This document shows, piece after piece, positions 17,155 to 27,253 of a stretch of 56,635 nt of DNA. The stretch is from a virus (lineage: Duplodnaviria; Caudoviricetes). Each line of letters begins with the position of its first letter. Positions within the stretch are counted from its first letter, which is position 1. The notes beneath the pieces were generated by a model. That model was given only the letters and a program-made list of their open reading frames with translations. It was not told the DNA's origin and searched no databases. Both the position numbers and the translations under genes were made by a program. Location: IMG/VR virus record IMGVR_UViG_3300034356_000821, positions 1 through 56,635 of that record. One strand, written 5' to 3'.

Positions 17155-18225
17155 ATGGCTTTCCCATCAGCAGTCGGTAACGGCAATCTGCCCAATGGTA
17201 ACTTCAGTGCAGTTATCTATTCCAAGCAAGTACAACTTGCATTCCGTAAAGCTTCTACAGTTGAAGACATCACCAATAGCGATTACTTCGGTGAAATCGC
17301 TAACATGGGCGACAGCGTAAAAATCATCAAAGAACCTGAAGTGTCGGTGCAAGCCTACGCTCGTGGTACTCAGATCACAGCGCAAGACCTCGACGACGAA
17401 GACTTCACCTTGGTTGTTGATCAGGCTAACTACTACGCCTTCAAGATCGACGACATCGAAGCTGCTCACTCGCATGTGAACTTTATGCAGATGGCATCGG
17501 ACCGCGCTGCCTATCGTCTGCGTGACAACTACGACCAAGACGTGTTGGCGTATCTGGCTGGCTTCCAACAGTCTGCTAAGCATGCTGCTGGCGACACCAC
17601 TCGTACCACTGCTCCCGGCACCAAAGCTGTTGCCTCCGCTGGTTCTGACGAATTGTTGGCTACCATGAAACTGAGCCGTCCTAGCTTTGGCAACTTGACT
17701 AGCGCTGGTTCTACTGGTGACTCCATCCCATTGGCCCCACGCTTCCCCGGCGCTACTGCTGTTTCCACTACCACTGTGTCCCCTCTGACTGTGATTGCCC
17801 GTATGGGTCGTCTGTTGGATACACAGTTTGTGGACACTCAAGGTCGCTGGTTGGTCGTTGACCCCGTGTTCGTTGAGATGTTGAAGGACGAAGACAGCCG
17901 CCTGTTGAATGGTGACTTCGGTGGTTCTGGTCTGCAAAACGGTTTGATCTTGAACAACCTGCATGGCTTCCGTATCTATGTGTCGAACAACACTCCTAAG
18001 TTTGGTACTGGCCCCGGCACTGCTGGTGCTTCTGCTCAGGCTACCAACTTCGGTGTGATCGTTGCTGGTCATGACTCTGCTGTGGCAACTGCTCAACAGT
18101 TGACAAAGACTGAGACATATCGTGACCCCGATAGCTTCGCTGACATCGTGCGCGGTATGCACCTGTATGGTCGCAAAATCTTGCGTCCTGAAGGTATCGT
18201 GGTTGCACGTTACAACGTGGCCTGA
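17155..18225 (+). CDS. Major capsid protein
   Basis: GEIANMGDSVKI, GRWLVVDP, FADIVRGMHLYGRKILRPE; AGGAG RBS; strongly biased codon usage. Confidence 0.95.
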   Translation: MAFPSAVGNGNLPNGNFSAVIYSKQVQLAFRKASTVEDITNSDYFGEIANMGDSVKIIKEPEVSVQAYARGTQITAQDLDDEDFTLVVDQANYYAFKIDDIEAAHSHVNFMQMASDRAAYRLRDNYDQDVLAYLAGFQQSAKHAAGDTTRTTAPGTKAVASAGSDELLATMKLSRPSFGNLTSAGSTGDSIPLAPRFPGATAVSTTTVSPLTVIARMGRLLDTQFVDTQGRWLVVDPVFVEMLKDEDSRLLNGDFGGSGLQNGLILNNLHGFRIYVSNNTPKFGTGPGTAGASAQATNFGVIVAGHDSAVATAQQLTKTETYRDPDSFADIVRGMHLYGRKILRPEGIVVARYNVA

Positions 18226-18228
18226 TGA

Positions 18229-18259
18229 AACAGGGGAGGCTCACGAGGCTTCCCCGTTT
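18229..18259 (+). terminator. Hairpin/terminator after the capsid gene
   Basis: GGGGAGGCTC-AC-GAGGCTTCCCC followed by GTTT. Confidence 0.55.
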
Positions 18260-18287
18260 ATACATTTACACATAAAGGAAATTTAAA

Positions 18288-18779
18288 ATGGCTACTGTTA
18301 CTACTCTTGCTGGCGGCGCTACCGCTGGTCGCACTGCTGGCTCCGTGCCCTATCTGGTTGATAAAACTATTGACTTCGCTGCTGCTGCAACCGCTAAAGG
18401 TTCTGCGTTGGCTGCTGCTGACGTGATTGAGTGCATCTCTGTTCCCGTCAACACCCTCATCTTGAATGCTGGTATCGAAGTTATCACCGTACTTGGTGGT
18501 GAGTCGAACGATACAACTTTCGACTTGGGTGTGACCACTACTGAGCCTGACAACTTTGTTGACGGCTTTGACGCTGACGCTGCTGCCGCTGGTGCTTATG
18601 CACAGAACGCTGCTGCTTTCCAGCCTATCGTGATTGGTGCTACTGCTGACACTATCGACTTGTTGATTGCAACCGCTACTACCGCCCCCACCTCCGGTGT
18701 TGTGCGTGTGTGGGCTGTGTTGATGAACGTTGATGGTCGTATCGCTGCCGACGAAGTTGACCGCGACCAGTTGGCCTAA
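18288..18779 (+). CDS. Capsid decoration or minor capsid protein
   Basis: Beta-rich 163 aa after the capsid gene; high-expression codon bias. Confidence 0.75.
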   Translation: MATVTTLAGGATAGRTAGSVPYLVDKTIDFAAAATAKGSALAAADVIECISVPVNTLILNAGIEVITVLGGESNDTTFDLGVTTTEPDNFVDGFDADAAAAGAYAQNAAAFQPIVIGATADTIDLLIATATTAPTSGVVRVWAVLMNVDGRIAADEVDRDQLA

Positions 18780-18795
18780 TCTTTTAGGCTGACCT

Positions 18796-18836
18796 AAGAG
18801 GGAGGGTCTTCCACGAGGCTCTCCCTTTTCTTGTTT
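18796..18836 (+). terminator. Rho-independent terminator
   Basis: AGGGAGGGTC...GGCTCTCCCT followed by a T-rich tail. Confidence 0.75.
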
Positions 18837-18852
18837 ATAACTAGGAAATATT

Positions 18853-19296
18853 ATGGCTATCACCTCCGCACTTTGCACCAGCTTCAAGAAAGAATTGTTG
18901 GAGCGTAAGCACGACTTCAATACCACTAGCGGCCACACATTTAAACTTGCTTTGTTCACATCAGCAGCATCACTTGGTGCATCCACTACCAACTACACTA
19001 CCAGTAATGAGGTTGTTGGCACAGGCTATACAGCAGGTGGTGTTACGTTGACAAACATTGACCCAACAACATCAGGCACTACAGCCTTCATTGACTTTGC
19101 TGATGCAACATTCTCTAGCGCCACCATCACTGCTGCTGGCGCTGTCATCTATAACACTACCACTGACGGTGGTTCAAGTACAACCAACGCTGTTGCTGTC
19201 ATCTCCTTTGGTGGCGACAAGACATCGACCAACGGTGACTTTGTTGTGCAGTTCCCTGTTGCAGACGCTTCCAACGCCATTATCCGTATCGCTTAA
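18853..19296 (+). CDS. Virion structural protein
   Basis: FKLALFT, NEVVGTGYTAGG, FGGDKTST motifs. Confidence 0.8.
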   Translation: MAITSALCTSFKKELLERKHDFNTTSGHTFKLALFTSAASLGASTTNYTTSNEVVGTGYTAGGVTLTNIDPTTSGTTAFIDFADATFSSATITAAGAVIYNTTTDGGSSTTNAVAVISFGGDKTSTNGDFVVQFPVADASNAIIRIA

Positions 19297-19308
19297 TAGG
19301 CGGTACAA

Positions 19309-20283
19309 ATGGCAACAACTGTACGCTCTGGCGCTATATACGGTATAGGCACCTATGGTGTCGTCCGTTATGGCATTAGCAATGTAGCCTATACACCCGA
19401 TGGTGTAGCTGGTGTTGCTACATCAGACAGTGGTGTCGTCATTACAGGCGATTCCAACCACGTTGTTGTCAGCTTAGTTGGTACTGCCGCTGTAGGCAGT
19501 GTAGGTGTTGTTGGTGTAGCTGTTACAAGCGTCACAGGCGTTGAAGCTCTTGCTTCGTTGAATGACAATGTGTCGTTCAGCTTAGGTTGCAAATTCTCTG
19601 TTAATGGTGTTGATGCGACAGGTGTTGTCGGAACAACAACTGTTGTTGCCAATTCGACAACACTTCTTTCCGGTGTCAGTGCTACAGGTTTCGTTGACTC
19701 GCTTACCATAGCTGCTGATGCCAACATAGACATCACAGGTGTTGAAGCTACTTCATCGCTTGGTATAGTTGATGTTAGGTCAATTAACCGAATCCCTGTA
19801 GATGGACTAGTTGCTACAGGTGCTGTTGGTGATGTAGTTGTTGTTGCAAATGCCAACACATCCTTGTCTGGTGTTGCTGCACAGGCTTTGTTGGGTGATG
19901 TTATTATCACTGCCAATAACGTCTATGAACTCATTGGTGTAGATGCAACATCTACCTTGGGTGATGTTACCATTGCAGAGAATGCTAGGCCAACATTTGA
20001 TGGTGTCTTTGCTATTGGTGTTGTTGGTACTGTTGTTATAACTACTGTTGTTTTCAACTACAACAACATTGCTGCTCTGTACGATAGACGTAGAACTGTC
20101 AGTGTTGACAGACGTACTAGCAGCAGTGATAGAACAGTGTTTGTGGCGATGCAGGACAGAACCGTGTATGTCGATGGAGTGTCTACACCATCAACACGTT
20201 CTATACATGTGTCGAGCGAAGACAGAAAAGTGTACACGTATAGAAAACCTAGCTCATCTGACCGATCAGCATTGGTGGCTTAA
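19309..20283 (+). CDS. Repeat-rich virion protein (GVxATxxVG repeats; Arg-rich C-terminal repeats)
   Basis: About eight ~24-aa repeats followed by RTVxV repeats. Confidence 0.75.
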   Translation: MATTVRSGAIYGIGTYGVVRYGISNVAYTPDGVAGVATSDSGVVITGDSNHVVVSLVGTAAVGSVGVVGVAVTSVTGVEALASLNDNVSFSLGCKFSVNGVDATGVVGTTTVVANSTTLLSGVSATGFVDSLTIAADANIDITGVEATSSLGIVDVRSINRIPVDGLVATGAVGDVVVVANANTSLSGVAAQALLGDVIITANNVYELIGVDATSTLGDVTIAENARPTFDGVFAIGVVGTVVITTVVFNYNNIAALYDRRRTVSVDRRTSSSDRTVFVAMQDRTVYVDGVSTPSTRSIHVSSEDRKVYTYRKPSSSDRSALVA

Positions 20284-20302
20284 ATAGGAATAGAGGACAT
20301 AT

Positions 20303-20620
20303 ATGTCGTTTAAATGGCCTTCAAAGGACAAAGATGAAACACTAGACTACAGCATTGACTGGTCTAGGTTTCTTAATGGTGCGACGATTAGTTCCATCAC
20401 ATGGTATGTTGATAATTCCAGCGGTGTTGCCACTGTTATTACTGCTGGCTCCACCGTCAACGGTATTCAGAATGTTGCACAGACCATCAGCGGTGGTGTA
20501 GCCACTATCAATCTTGGATTGGGTACTAACAACTATGAGTACAAGTTCACATGCCAGATGGCTGACAGCACAGGTAGTGTTGCCGAACGTGTTGTACGTT
20601 TGAAGATAAAGGAACAATGA
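20303..20620 (+). CDS. Fibre/tail adaptor-like protein
   Basis: KDKDETLDYSIDWS motif. Confidence 0.75.
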   Translation: MSFKWPSKDKDETLDYSIDWSRFLNGATISSITWYVDNSSGVATVITAGSTVNGIQNVAQTISGGVATINLGLGTNNYEYKFTCQMADSTGSVAERVVRLKIKEQ

Positions 20621-20621
20621 T

Positions 20622-21344
20622 ATGGCATACGACTACATTGGTTTAGTGAATGAAGTGAACCGACGACTCAACGAAGTTGAACTCACCTCTGCAAACTTTA
20701 CTGCTACATCTGGTTTCTATTCACAAATCAAAGACTCCGTAAATGCTTCGTTGCGTGATGTATATGATGCTGGTCAAGACTGGGCCTTCAATCATGTTAT
20801 TGCTGAAGACACTTTGTCTGTTGGTATTAGTCGTTATGCTTTCCCGTCTGATGCATCAACTATTGACTTTGACACCTTTCGCATCAAGGCTGACAGTACA
20901 TTGGGTAACGAAACAGTCAAGTTGTCAATCATGCAATATGAAGACTATCTTGAGAGGGCTGTAGATCAAGAATACTCGACAGACACTTCCAAACTCACTG
21001 TGCCTAAGAGTATTGTTCATGCTCCTAGTTTAGAGTGGTTGGTTGTACCTGCCCCCGATCAGGTGTATGAGGTGGTGTATGAGTACTACCGAGTTCCCGT
21101 AGACCTTCTTATCTCTACAGATGTTCCTGCTGTCCCTGAGCGTTTCAGACATGTTGTCATTGATGGCGCTATGTATCATGCATATATGTTCCGCAGCAAC
21201 GAGCAATCTGCCAACTTAGCTAAGAACAAGTTTGAAGAAGGTATTAAGCGTATGCGTACTATGTTGGTTAATCGTGTTAGCTATATGCGATCCACTGCTA
21301 TTAACCAAAGCTCGTTATCTACATTCGGTGAAAGGGTTAAGTAA
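20622..21344 (+). CDS. Tail tubular protein A / adaptor
   Basis: LVNEVNRRLNEV; VPAPD..YEVVYEYY; PERFRHVV. Confidence 0.85.
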   Translation: MAYDYIGLVNEVNRRLNEVELTSANFTATSGFYSQIKDSVNASLRDVYDAGQDWAFNHVIAEDTLSVGISRYAFPSDASTIDFDTFRIKADSTLGNETVKLSIMQYEDYLERAVDQEYSTDTSKLTVPKSIVHAPSLEWLVVPAPDQVYEVVYEYYRVPVDLLISTDVPAVPERFRHVVIDGAMYHAYMFRSNEQSANLAKNKFEEGIKRMRTMLVNRVSYMRSTAINQSSLSTFGERVK

Positions 21345-23323
21345 TGGCTGACGGATGGCAGACATATCCTTTTGAGTTTCGTGGCGGGTTGGTATCAAAC
21401 CTATCCCCTCTACAACATGGCACTCAATCACCCGGTAGCGCACGACTGCTGAAGAACTTTGAGCCTTCAGTGGATGGTGGTTATCGTCGTATTGAAGGCT
21501 TTGATAAATACTCAAGCTCTTTCGTTCCAGCATATGGTGAGCCGTTAGTACAGGGTGGTAGCCAAACAGGTACAACATTGCTTGTCTCCAACTTGTTTAC
21601 CGCACCTGTAGCTGGTGACACATTCACAATTGCTGGCGTTACAGGCACCTACACAATCGCCACTGCTGGTGTCAGCTATAACAGCACCCACAAGCAAGCA
21701 ACACTGACCCTTACAACTTCGTTAGCATCTAGTCCTGCTGACAAAGCAATCATCAGCTTCACCAGCCATCAAGGACTAATTGAAGGTGTTGTTGCTTGGA
21801 ACAGCACAGTGCTGGTCTATCGAAACAGTGACATCTATTCCACCACTGGCTCAGGCTACACCAAAATCAATAAGCCTTCATACGGCACTGTGTTGGTTAA
21901 TGGTGGTAGTCAAACAGGTGCAACACTGGCTGTTGATGGTTTGACCAGTGTTCCACAGATTGGTGACACTTTCTCCATTGCTGGTGTTGCTTTGGTGTAT
22001 ACGGTGTTGGCTGTACCAACTGTTACTGCCACTGCTGCCACCATCAGTATCTATCCATCTTTAGCGTCTAGTCCCGCTAATAACGCCGTCATCACTTGGC
22101 AATCTGTTAGCCGAGCCAGTGGTGATAAATTACGCACTACTAAGTATCGCATTAATGGTGTCGATAAGGTGATAGGCGTTGATGGTTTTAACTATCCTTT
22201 TACGTGGAACGGTACAACCTTCACAGTGTTGTCGTCTGCTCCGTCTGATGTACTTGGTGCTGCATTTGTTGTCTATCACAAGAATCAAATGTTCTTTGCT
22301 AAAGGTGAAACCATTGTCTTCACCGCACCCTATACAGACTCAGACTTCTCTGTTGCTAATGGTTCTGGTGTCATCAATGTTGGTGGAGCCATCACTGCAA
22401 TCATTGTGTTTCGTGAAAACCTCATCATCTTTACTGACAAAACAATTAGTCAATTGACAGGTAACACGTTGCAAGACTTTGTGTTGCAGCCCATCACACG
22501 TAACGTAGGCTGTGTTGCCACTGACACTGTTGAAGAGATTGGTGGTGATGTCATCTTTCTTGGTCCTGAAGGGTTACGTTTGCTGAGTGCTACAGATCGT
22601 GTGGGTGACTTCAACTTGGGTGTGGTATCTAAGCCAATTCAAAATGAGATGACTTCGCTCATTTCATCTAGTTCATCCTTTGCGAGTTGTGTCATTAAGC
22701 AGAAGAGTCAATACCGCATATTCGGATATAACAGCAGCATTACGGCAACAAACTCAAAAGGTATTATCGGCACACAAACTGTAGGTAATGACACCAGCAC
22801 TATGTCGTGGGCAGAGACAGTTGGTATCAAAGCCTATGTTAGTGACAGTGACTATGTCAATCAGACAGAGACTTTGGTGTTTGCTCACAATGATGGCTAT
22901 GTGTATGAGATGGAAAGTGGTAACAATTTTGATGGTCAAAACATCATTGCTTCGTTCGCTACACCCTTTGTTTATATCAACGATCCTCGTGTCCGTAAGA
23001 CTTTCTACAAGATGGTGTTGTATACAGACCCACAGGGTGGTGTCACTACTTCCGTCAACTTGAAGCTTGACTTCGACAACTTTGGTTCCATTCAACCTGA
23101 GACAATTAACTTGTCGAATGAAACAGGTGTTGTAGGCTTCTACGGTAATAGCGGTGCTAAATATGGCACTACGATCTATGGCACCAAGTTGAAGAAGCAG
23201 TTTGAGACACAACTGATTGGTTCAGGGTTTAGTGTTTCGATTCAGTTTGTATCTGATGGACAGAATGCTCCGTTCTCTTTAGACGCTGCAACCATCGAAT
23301 ATAGTACACACGATAGACGCTAA
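21344..23323 (+). CDS. Tail tubular protein B / nozzle with two inserted domains
   Basis: FRGGL, NFEP..GGYRRI, GCVA, DVIFL motifs; duplicated GDTFxIAGV inserts. Confidence 0.85.
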   Translation: MADGWQTYPFEFRGGLVSNLSPLQHGTQSPGSARLLKNFEPSVDGGYRRIEGFDKYSSSFVPAYGEPLVQGGSQTGTTLLVSNLFTAPVAGDTFTIAGVTGTYTIATAGVSYNSTHKQATLTLTTSLASSPADKAIISFTSHQGLIEGVVAWNSTVLVYRNSDIYSTTGSGYTKINKPSYGTVLVNGGSQTGATLAVDGLTSVPQIGDTFSIAGVALVYTVLAVPTVTATAATISIYPSLASSPANNAVITWQSVSRASGDKLRTTKYRINGVDKVIGVDGFNYPFTWNGTTFTVLSSAPSDVLGAAFVVYHKNQMFFAKGETIVFTAPYTDSDFSVANGSGVINVGGAITAIIVFRENLIIFTDKTISQLTGNTLQDFVLQPITRNVGCVATDTVEEIGGDVIFLGPEGLRLLSATDRVGDFNLGVVSKPIQNEMTSLISSSSSFASCVIKQKSQYRIFGYNSSITATNSKGIIGTQTVGNDTSTMSWAETVGIKAYVSDSDYVNQTETLVFAHNDGYVYEMESGNNFDGQNIIASFATPFVYINDPRVRKTFYKMVLYTDPQGGVTTSVNLKLDFDNFGSIQPETINLSNETGVVGFYGNSGAKYGTTIYGTKLKKQFETQLIGSGFSVSIQFVSDGQNAPFSLDAATIEYSTHDRR

Positions 23324-23354
23324 TGCGTTATAACTAACTAGCTAAGGAAAACAT

Positions 23355-25463
23355 ATGGCAGGCTATACCCGTACAGACACCACTAACAACATTGCTGATG
23401 GCAACATTATTAATGCTACCGATCTCGACAATGAGTTCGATGGTATTCAAGCAGCATTCAGTAGCTCCACTGGTCACAACCATGATGGCACCACTGGTGA
23501 AGGCGCTCCCATTCTTGTGTTGGGTCCAACACAGGACGTGGTAGTTGGTGCTTCCACTGTCACTCCAAAGACCACCAACACTGTAGACATTGGCTCTAGC
23601 TCGTTGAAATACAAAGACCTGCACATGGCAGGCAATGCTCTTGTTGGTGGCACACTAGGTGTTACAGGTATTGCTACATTCACAGCACAGCCTGTGTTGT
23701 CTTCGTTGACAGCTTCTAGCGCTGTTGCCACTGACGCAAGTAAGGGTCTGGTCAGCGTGACCAACACGGGCACAGGCAACAACGTCCTTGCCACTTCTCC
23801 AACTTTGGTAACTCCTGCATTGGGCACACCAGCATCGGGTGTAGTGACAAACCTGACAGGTACAGCCTCTATCAACATCAACGGCACTGTGGGCGCTACA
23901 ACGGCCACCACAGGCGCATTCACTACGCTCGGCGCATCGTCCACGGCTACGCTAAACACGCTTGTTTCAAGCGGTGCAACACTGACAGGCGGGACAATCA
24001 ATGGGATGACTGTGGGCGCTACAACGGCCTCTACGGGTGCGTTCACATCCCTGACCGACTCTGGCAACCTAGCCTTCACAGGCACTGGCAACCGCATCAC
24101 TGGCGACTTTAGCAATGCGACTATTAACAACCGGGTAGCGTTCCAAGGGGTGAGTGGGTCAACTACGGATGTGGGTTCCATTCCTCCTTCTGCCGCATCA
24201 GCAGCAAGTTTTATTGCATTTAACTCAACAGACACTGGGAATGCTGGGTTTGCTCAACTGCGAATAGACGGTAGTGAAGCCAGAGTTGCGTCAAGTCGTA
24301 CGGGCACAGGCACATATGTACCGATGGTCTTCTACACCGGAGGCAGTGAGCGAGCTAGGATTGATACGTCTGGCAACGTGGGGATTGGGGTAAGCAGTAC
24401 AAACGGATTTTGGGGTTCATCTTCATTAAATGCAAGAACAGTTATTTCTCAGTCTTCAAGCGGGACAGCTATAGACACCGCTGATAAAGCGCTGGTATTG
24501 GTAAATTCAAATACAACTACCAGCAACACAACTTCACTTGTTTTGGGGACGGTAAATACAGGCGGTACAGGCATTGCTCAAGCGGCTGTTTATTCAATTA
24601 ACGGAACTCGTGGCGGAGCGTTTAATACTGGTCAACTTGGCTTTGCTTGCGCAAATTCTTCTGGCTCTCTTATTGAAGCTGTCCGCATCGACTCCTCCGG
24701 CAACGTAGGCATTGGGACGAGTTCGCCAAACACAAAGCTGGAAGTTTCTAACGGCGCGTTAATGGCTGGCACTTCAGGGCAAGTTCTTTTAGGGCGCGTC
24801 AGTTCTTCATTCCCCACCACAACGACCACTGGTTATTTTAGTCTTGATACAAACAACGTTGACGGCACTAACGGCGGTTTAACAATCAAAACGCTTGCGT
24901 CTAATGTTTTAACCGAACGCGCCCGTATCGACTCCAGCGGGAATTTGCTGGTGGGGGCTACGAGTCAAGTAAGTAATGAAAAACTTTCAGTAGTAACAGG
25001 AAATACTACTGGAATGGTTGTTAAAACCACTGGTGGGGCTACATATGTTCCTATTTACTCTTGGAACGCTACAACTACTGGTGACGGATATTTTGCAGGA
25101 TTCTTTACTGAAGCATCTCCAACATTAAGAGGCTCAATCTCATACAACCGTGCTGGTGGTCTTGTTGCGTACAACACTACATCAGACTACCGTGCCAAAG
25201 ACATTACTGGCTTGTTGACCAACAGCGGTGCATTGATTGACTCCGTGCCTGTTTACATGGGCAAGATGAAAGGCGCAACACAAGAGCGTCCAATGTTCAT
25301 TGCTCACGAAGTCCCTGCCTACGCACACACTGGCGAGAAAGACGCAGTGGATAAAGACGGTAAACCTGTTTACCAACAGATGGATGCTTCTGCCCTTGTG
25401 CCAGTGATGTGGGCTGAAATCCAATCCCTCCGCGCCCGTGTGCAAGCCCTCGAATCTAACTAA
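23355..25463 (+). CDS. Tail fibre with C-terminal S74 intramolecular chaperone
   Basis: N-terminal anchor GHNHDG; RIDxSGNVGIG repeats; TTSDYRAK and coiled-coil end. Confidence 0.9.
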   Translation: MAGYTRTDTTNNIADGNIINATDLDNEFDGIQAAFSSSTGHNHDGTTGEGAPILVLGPTQDVVVGASTVTPKTTNTVDIGSSSLKYKDLHMAGNALVGGTLGVTGIATFTAQPVLSSLTASSAVATDASKGLVSVTNTGTGNNVLATSPTLVTPALGTPASGVVTNLTGTASININGTVGATTATTGAFTTLGASSTATLNTLVSSGATLTGGTINGMTVGATTASTGAFTSLTDSGNLAFTGTGNRITGDFSNATINNRVAFQGVSGSTTDVGSIPPSAASAASFIAFNSTDTGNAGFAQLRIDGSEARVASSRTGTGTYVPMVFYTGGSERARIDTSGNVGIGVSSTNGFWGSSSLNARTVISQSSSGTAIDTADKALVLVNSNTTTSNTTSLVLGTVNTGGTGIAQAAVYSINGTRGGAFNTGQLGFACANSSGSLIEAVRIDSSGNVGIGTSSPNTKLEVSNGALMAGTSGQVLLGRVSSSFPTTTTTGYFSLDTNNVDGTNGGLTIKTLASNVLTERARIDSSGNLLVGATSQVSNEKLSVVTGNTTGMVVKTTGGATYVPIYSWNATTTGDGYFAGFFTEASPTLRGSISYNRAGGLVAYNTTSDYRAKDITGLLTNSGALIDSVPVYMGKMKGATQERPMFIAHEVPAYAHTGEKDAVDKDGKPVYQQMDASALVPVMWAEIQSLRARVQALESN

Positions 25464-25472
25464 GGAAACACC

Positions 25473-25775
25473 ATGACAACTTACCTCTGGACAATCTCGC
25501 AAATGGATCGCCTGACTGCTGACGGCTTTGTCGTCACAGTGCATTACAACGTGTCTGCCACTGATGGCACATACAACTCATCTGTCTACGGCACTGTGGG
25601 CTACCAAGAGCAGCCCGGTGAGACATTCATCCCCTATGCTGACCTCACTGAAGCCATTGTGGTTGGCTGGGTGCAAACAAGCCTTGGGAAAGACACTGTG
25701 GAAGCCAGCTTGCAAGATCAAATCAACGCACAGATCAACCCCGTACAACAATCAGGCACACCTTGGAGCGCATAA
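25473..25775 (+). CDS. Tail fibre-associated chaperone-like protein
   Basis: FIPYADLTEAIVVGWV...PW motif; position after the fibre. Confidence 0.75.
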   Translation: MTTYLWTISQMDRLTADGFVVTVHYNVSATDGTYNSSVYGTVGYQEQPGETFIPYADLTEAIVVGWVQTSLGKDTVEASLQDQINAQINPVQQSGTPWSA

Positions 25776-26207
25776 ATGAAACATTTAATTATCTCATTGG
25801 CTTTTGTTTTGACCGGATGCGGTGGAGGCTCAGAGCCTGAACCAGCAAAAATGCTTGTTCAGTTGTCAGCAGACACTGAATTACCCTCTCCCTTTGTCAT
25901 TGGACCAACGCCTGCTCAGCCTTCATTGGTTGGAGTTGGACCGGGTAACCTTGCTCCGTTTGTCATTGGCCCTACTAATACTCAGGTTGTGGTTGGTCCC
26001 ACTCCTGTTCAGCCTGCAATGGTTGTGGTTGGTCCCACAGTGAGCTTCGTCGCTGGTCCGGTGGTCGGTCCTGTAGCTGTAGTAACAACTCCCGTTGTTA
26101 GCACTCAACCTAATACTCCTGAGCCAAACTGGTGTACTGATGGGTTTGTAATTGGTCCGTGTGTTCAACGATGCCAGCCTAATCAAGTTGTTATTGGCCC
26201 TTGCTGA
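25776..26207 (+). CDS. Lipoprotein with repeated V-x-G-P motifs
   Basis: Signal peptide with LTGC lipobox; nine hydrophobic-GP repeats. Confidence 0.8.
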   Translation: MKHLIISLAFVLTGCGGGSEPEPAKMLVQLSADTELPSPFVIGPTPAQPSLVGVGPGNLAPFVIGPTNTQVVVGPTPVQPAMVVVGPTVSFVAGPVVGPVAVVTTPVVSTQPNTPEPNWCTDGFVIGPCVQRCQPNQVVIGPC

Positions 26208-26214
26208 GTTGGAT

Positions 26215-26421
26215 ATGCACGATATTATTAATCCGGTTGAATACGGAAAACTAATCAGCACTGTCGATAGTCTAACTAAGAAAGTCGATAGTATGGATGC
26301 TGACATCAAAGAGCTATTACAACTTGCTAATCAAAGCAAGGGTGGTTTCTGGATGGGTATGACTATCGCTTCAATCTTCGGAGGCTTCCTCACCTTTGTT
26401 GGTGAAAGGTTGCTGCGATAG
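26215..26421 (+). CDS. Small coiled-coil plus TM protein (holin/XhlA-like)
   Basis: Coiled coil followed by a C-terminal transmembrane helix. Confidence 0.65.
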   Translation: MHDIINPVEYGKLISTVDSLTKKVDSMDADIKELLQLANQSKGGFWMGMTIASIFGGFLTFVGERLLR

Positions 26422-26861
26422 TGCTTGCAGAACTGGCTGTAGCCAACGCAGCCTTTAGTGTCATTAGAGAAACAGTACAGAATGGTGGAGACATATTCTC
26501 TGCTGGCAAATCTCTATTTAGTTATTTTGATAATAAGTCTGCGATACAACGCAAGGTAAACGAAGGTGGTGAGAACGCCTTAGAAGAATTTGCAGCGCTT
26601 GAACAACTAAAGACACAAGAGGCTGAACTAAAACGTATGATGGTCTATCACGGTCGTGCTGGACTATGGGATGATTGGCTTAAGTTTCAAGCTGAAGCTG
26701 CACGTAAACGTGAGGCAGATAAAAGAGCCGAAGCATTGCTGAAGCTGAAGAAGGCTGAGAAGATTGCATCCATCTTTTGGAACACATGTTTAGCTATCGT
26801 GTTAGCTTTCTCCATTTACTTTTCAGCTATAGTTTATGCATTGTTTAGGGATAGAGGATGA
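26421..26861 (+). CDS. Membrane-anchored hypothetical protein
   Basis: GTG start; C-terminal transmembrane helix. Confidence 0.7.
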   Translation: MLAELAVANAAFSVIRETVQNGGDIFSAGKSLFSYFDNKSAIQRKVNEGGENALEEFAALEQLKTQEAELKRMMVYHGRAGLWDDWLKFQAEAARKREADKRAEALLKLKKAEKIASIFWNTCLAIVLAFSIYFSAIVYALFRDRG

Positions 26862-27253
26862 CTAAAAAACTACAAGAACATTCTGCATACAATGAATTTG
26901 ATATGAATCAAGATGGCATTGTGACAGACGAAGAGCTTGACCGCAGTGAGAAGATGTTGCAAATTGACAACATGGATAAGCTTGCAGATCAGCAACGCAT
27001 TATGGCTTGGTTGGCTTTGTTCTTACCATTTGTTCTTATTGTTTATTTAACTTCAGGATTTGTGGAACCACAAAGGGTGACAATGATAATGAGTTTGGTG
27101 GCAACATTCTCTGCATCAATGGGTACAGTTGTTGTTGCATTCATGGCTGCTACAGCATATGTTCGTGGTAAGATGACAGATATGCAAAAGATTATGACAC
27201 CTCCTCCCCCACGCCCTATGCCACGTCCTCATCAGCAGGAGTACAATCCGTGA
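26858..27253 (+). CDS. Putative holin with EF-hand-like loop
   Basis: DMNQDGIVTDEE; two transmembrane helices; within the lysis cassette. Confidence 0.65.
   Translation: MTKKLQEHSAYNEFDMNQDGIVTDEELDRSEKMLQIDNMDKLADQQRIMAWLALFLPFVLIVYLTSGFVEPQRVTMIMSLVATFSASMGTVVVAFMAATAYVRGKMTDMQKIMTPPPPRPMPRPHQQEYNP

Noticed and set aside
17167-18162. 331-aa antisense ORF over the capsid gene (similarly 18258-18992, 23474-24235, 31853-32968, 43564-44277, 54254-54934)
   Set aside because: Shadow ORFs produced by codon bias of the real genes; no RBS or recognisable motifs
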